DNA of 36,865 nt from Octopus bimaculoides. Lineage: Eukaryota. Position numbers and translations under genes: made by a program. Each line of letters opens with the position of its first letter. Position 1 is the first letter of the stretch. The stretch lies in NCBI RefSeq assembly GCF_001194135.2, contig NC_068982.1:3091329-3128193 (forward strand), given 5' to 3'. The notes beneath the pieces are model-generated. The model did not search any database. It saw only the letters and a list, made by a program, of their open reading frames with translations, and had not been told where the DNA came from. This document shows, in pieces, positions 35,917 through 36,865 of the stretch.

Positions 35917-36042
35917 AAGAAATCTCCGTTCTTCTTAAAGTTACTATCTTTAGAGTATATTGACAGACACCCTCCGCCAAACAAGAAATTTGGTGGGTTT
36001 CTGCAGCTGTCATGGAGTTGTTGTAGTGGAAGGCGACTAGAG
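35917..36042 (+). other. Candidate symmetric exon (126 nt)
   Basis: Long poly-T acceptor (TTTTTTTTCAG) and GAG/GTAAGA donor. Only the phase-0 frame is open: KKSPFFLKLLSLEYIDRHPPPNKKFGGFLQLSWSCCSGRRLE. No homology recognised. Confidence 0.3.
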
Positions 36043-36609
36043 GTAAGATTCACGTTGCCAGAAGAGTTCTACGAAGCAATGCTATTCAGAACAAGACAGC
36101 CGATCTTAAAGTTTTTATTGACGAAGAATCCGTTGTGTTTTCTTTTCAAGTAAAAAAATAATCCCTTGCGCAGTAAACAGGCCACTTGCATATCGATAGC
36201 TTCAAGAATTGCCTCTTTAAAAGAGCGTGAACAAAATTCTGAATAATACAGTGAGGGATCATCGAATGATTCGTTGCGTATATAATTAAATATACATATA
36301 TGCATGCACGCAAAAATACATATGGAGAGAAATACCATAATTAACAAGTAAAGAAACTATTCAGCTAAAACCTATCCAGACCAGATTCTTTTGTGAAACT
36401 TTAAGAATTCTATTCCCCAAGAAAACTCTGACACACCCAATTACCAATGTTTTAAATACTCGACTAAATATTAAACCACGTTATCAAAGCAAAACACTAA
36501 ATCTAATAAAACCAAAAATAGCTAAAATTACTGGCATATCCTCTTGTTACATATATATATATATATATTATCATATGTATTTATTTTCTCCTAATAATAA
36601 ATAACTCGG

Positions 36610-36865
36610 ATAAAATAAATTGGTTAATAGCTACCAGGGTAGCAATGATCACAAAATAACTGTGGCGTGACTCCTGTTTATGAGGTAGAAACTCCTTGAT
36701 ATTTTGAGTATTTGAGTATATATAAATTTAAAGAATGGAGTAAACGAATATTATAACTGCATACTTTTATTCCGACATATGTTTCGAAGAATTACAATTT
36801 ATGCGATCCATAGGAATCGGCGATGTTAAAAACGTAAACTTCTCCTCAGGGAAAAGTATGGGAAC
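36610..36865 (-). mobile_element. Probable Penelope-like terminal repeat or non-autonomous element carrying a hammerhead ribozyme
   Basis: Hammerhead motif with AATAAA immediately after the cleavage site, as known for PLE pseudo-LTRs. The left boundary is approximate; the element runs off the window end. Confidence 0.5.
36760..36860 (-). ncRNA. Type I hammerhead ribozyme (minimal, palindromic stem III)
   Basis: RNA 5'-CAUACUUUUCC-CUGAGGA-GAAG...49 nt...CUUC-GAA-AC[AUAU]GU-C/GGAAUAAAAGUAUG-3'. The catalytic core is intact, with a G10.1-C11.1 pair, a GUC cleavage triplet and an 11-bp stem I with a 3-nt bulge. Confidence 0.85.

Noticed and set aside
35914-36347. Minus-strand ~145-codon frame with one TAG downstream of the hammerhead, as a Penelope ORF
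   Set aside because: No RT or GIY-YIG motifs, and it starts in microsatellite-like sequence.

Overview
AT-rich, microsatellite-dense eukaryotic (metazoan) genomic DNA from a gapped draft assembly (large N gaps at 811-1684, 33322-34132, 35117-35863, plus several small ones). The tRNA-derived SINE families and repeat landscape look like an octopod cephalopod (Octopus-like); this is inferred from recognition, not from a search. No intact host protein-coding gene is visible, only a few candidate exons and decayed frames. The window is mostly decayed mobile elements: three L1/Tx1-type pieces (two Gag-like ORF1 copies with CCHC knuckles, one ORF2 3' end), an RTE/BovB-like LINE, an L2/CR1-group RT, a HERO/NeSL-like RLE retrotransposon, Penelope-like remnants, a Chapaev-like transposase end, a MITE and about ten SINE copies or fragments. 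Best leads: (1) a structurally complete type I hammerhead ribozyme on the minus strand at 36760-36860; (2) an apparently ORF1-only (HAL1-like) Tx1 derivative; (3) Tx1 elements abutting (TATC)n in the same orientation; (4) SINEs whose 3' tails match LINEs in the same window (Tx1, RTE) or a hammerhead-like module.
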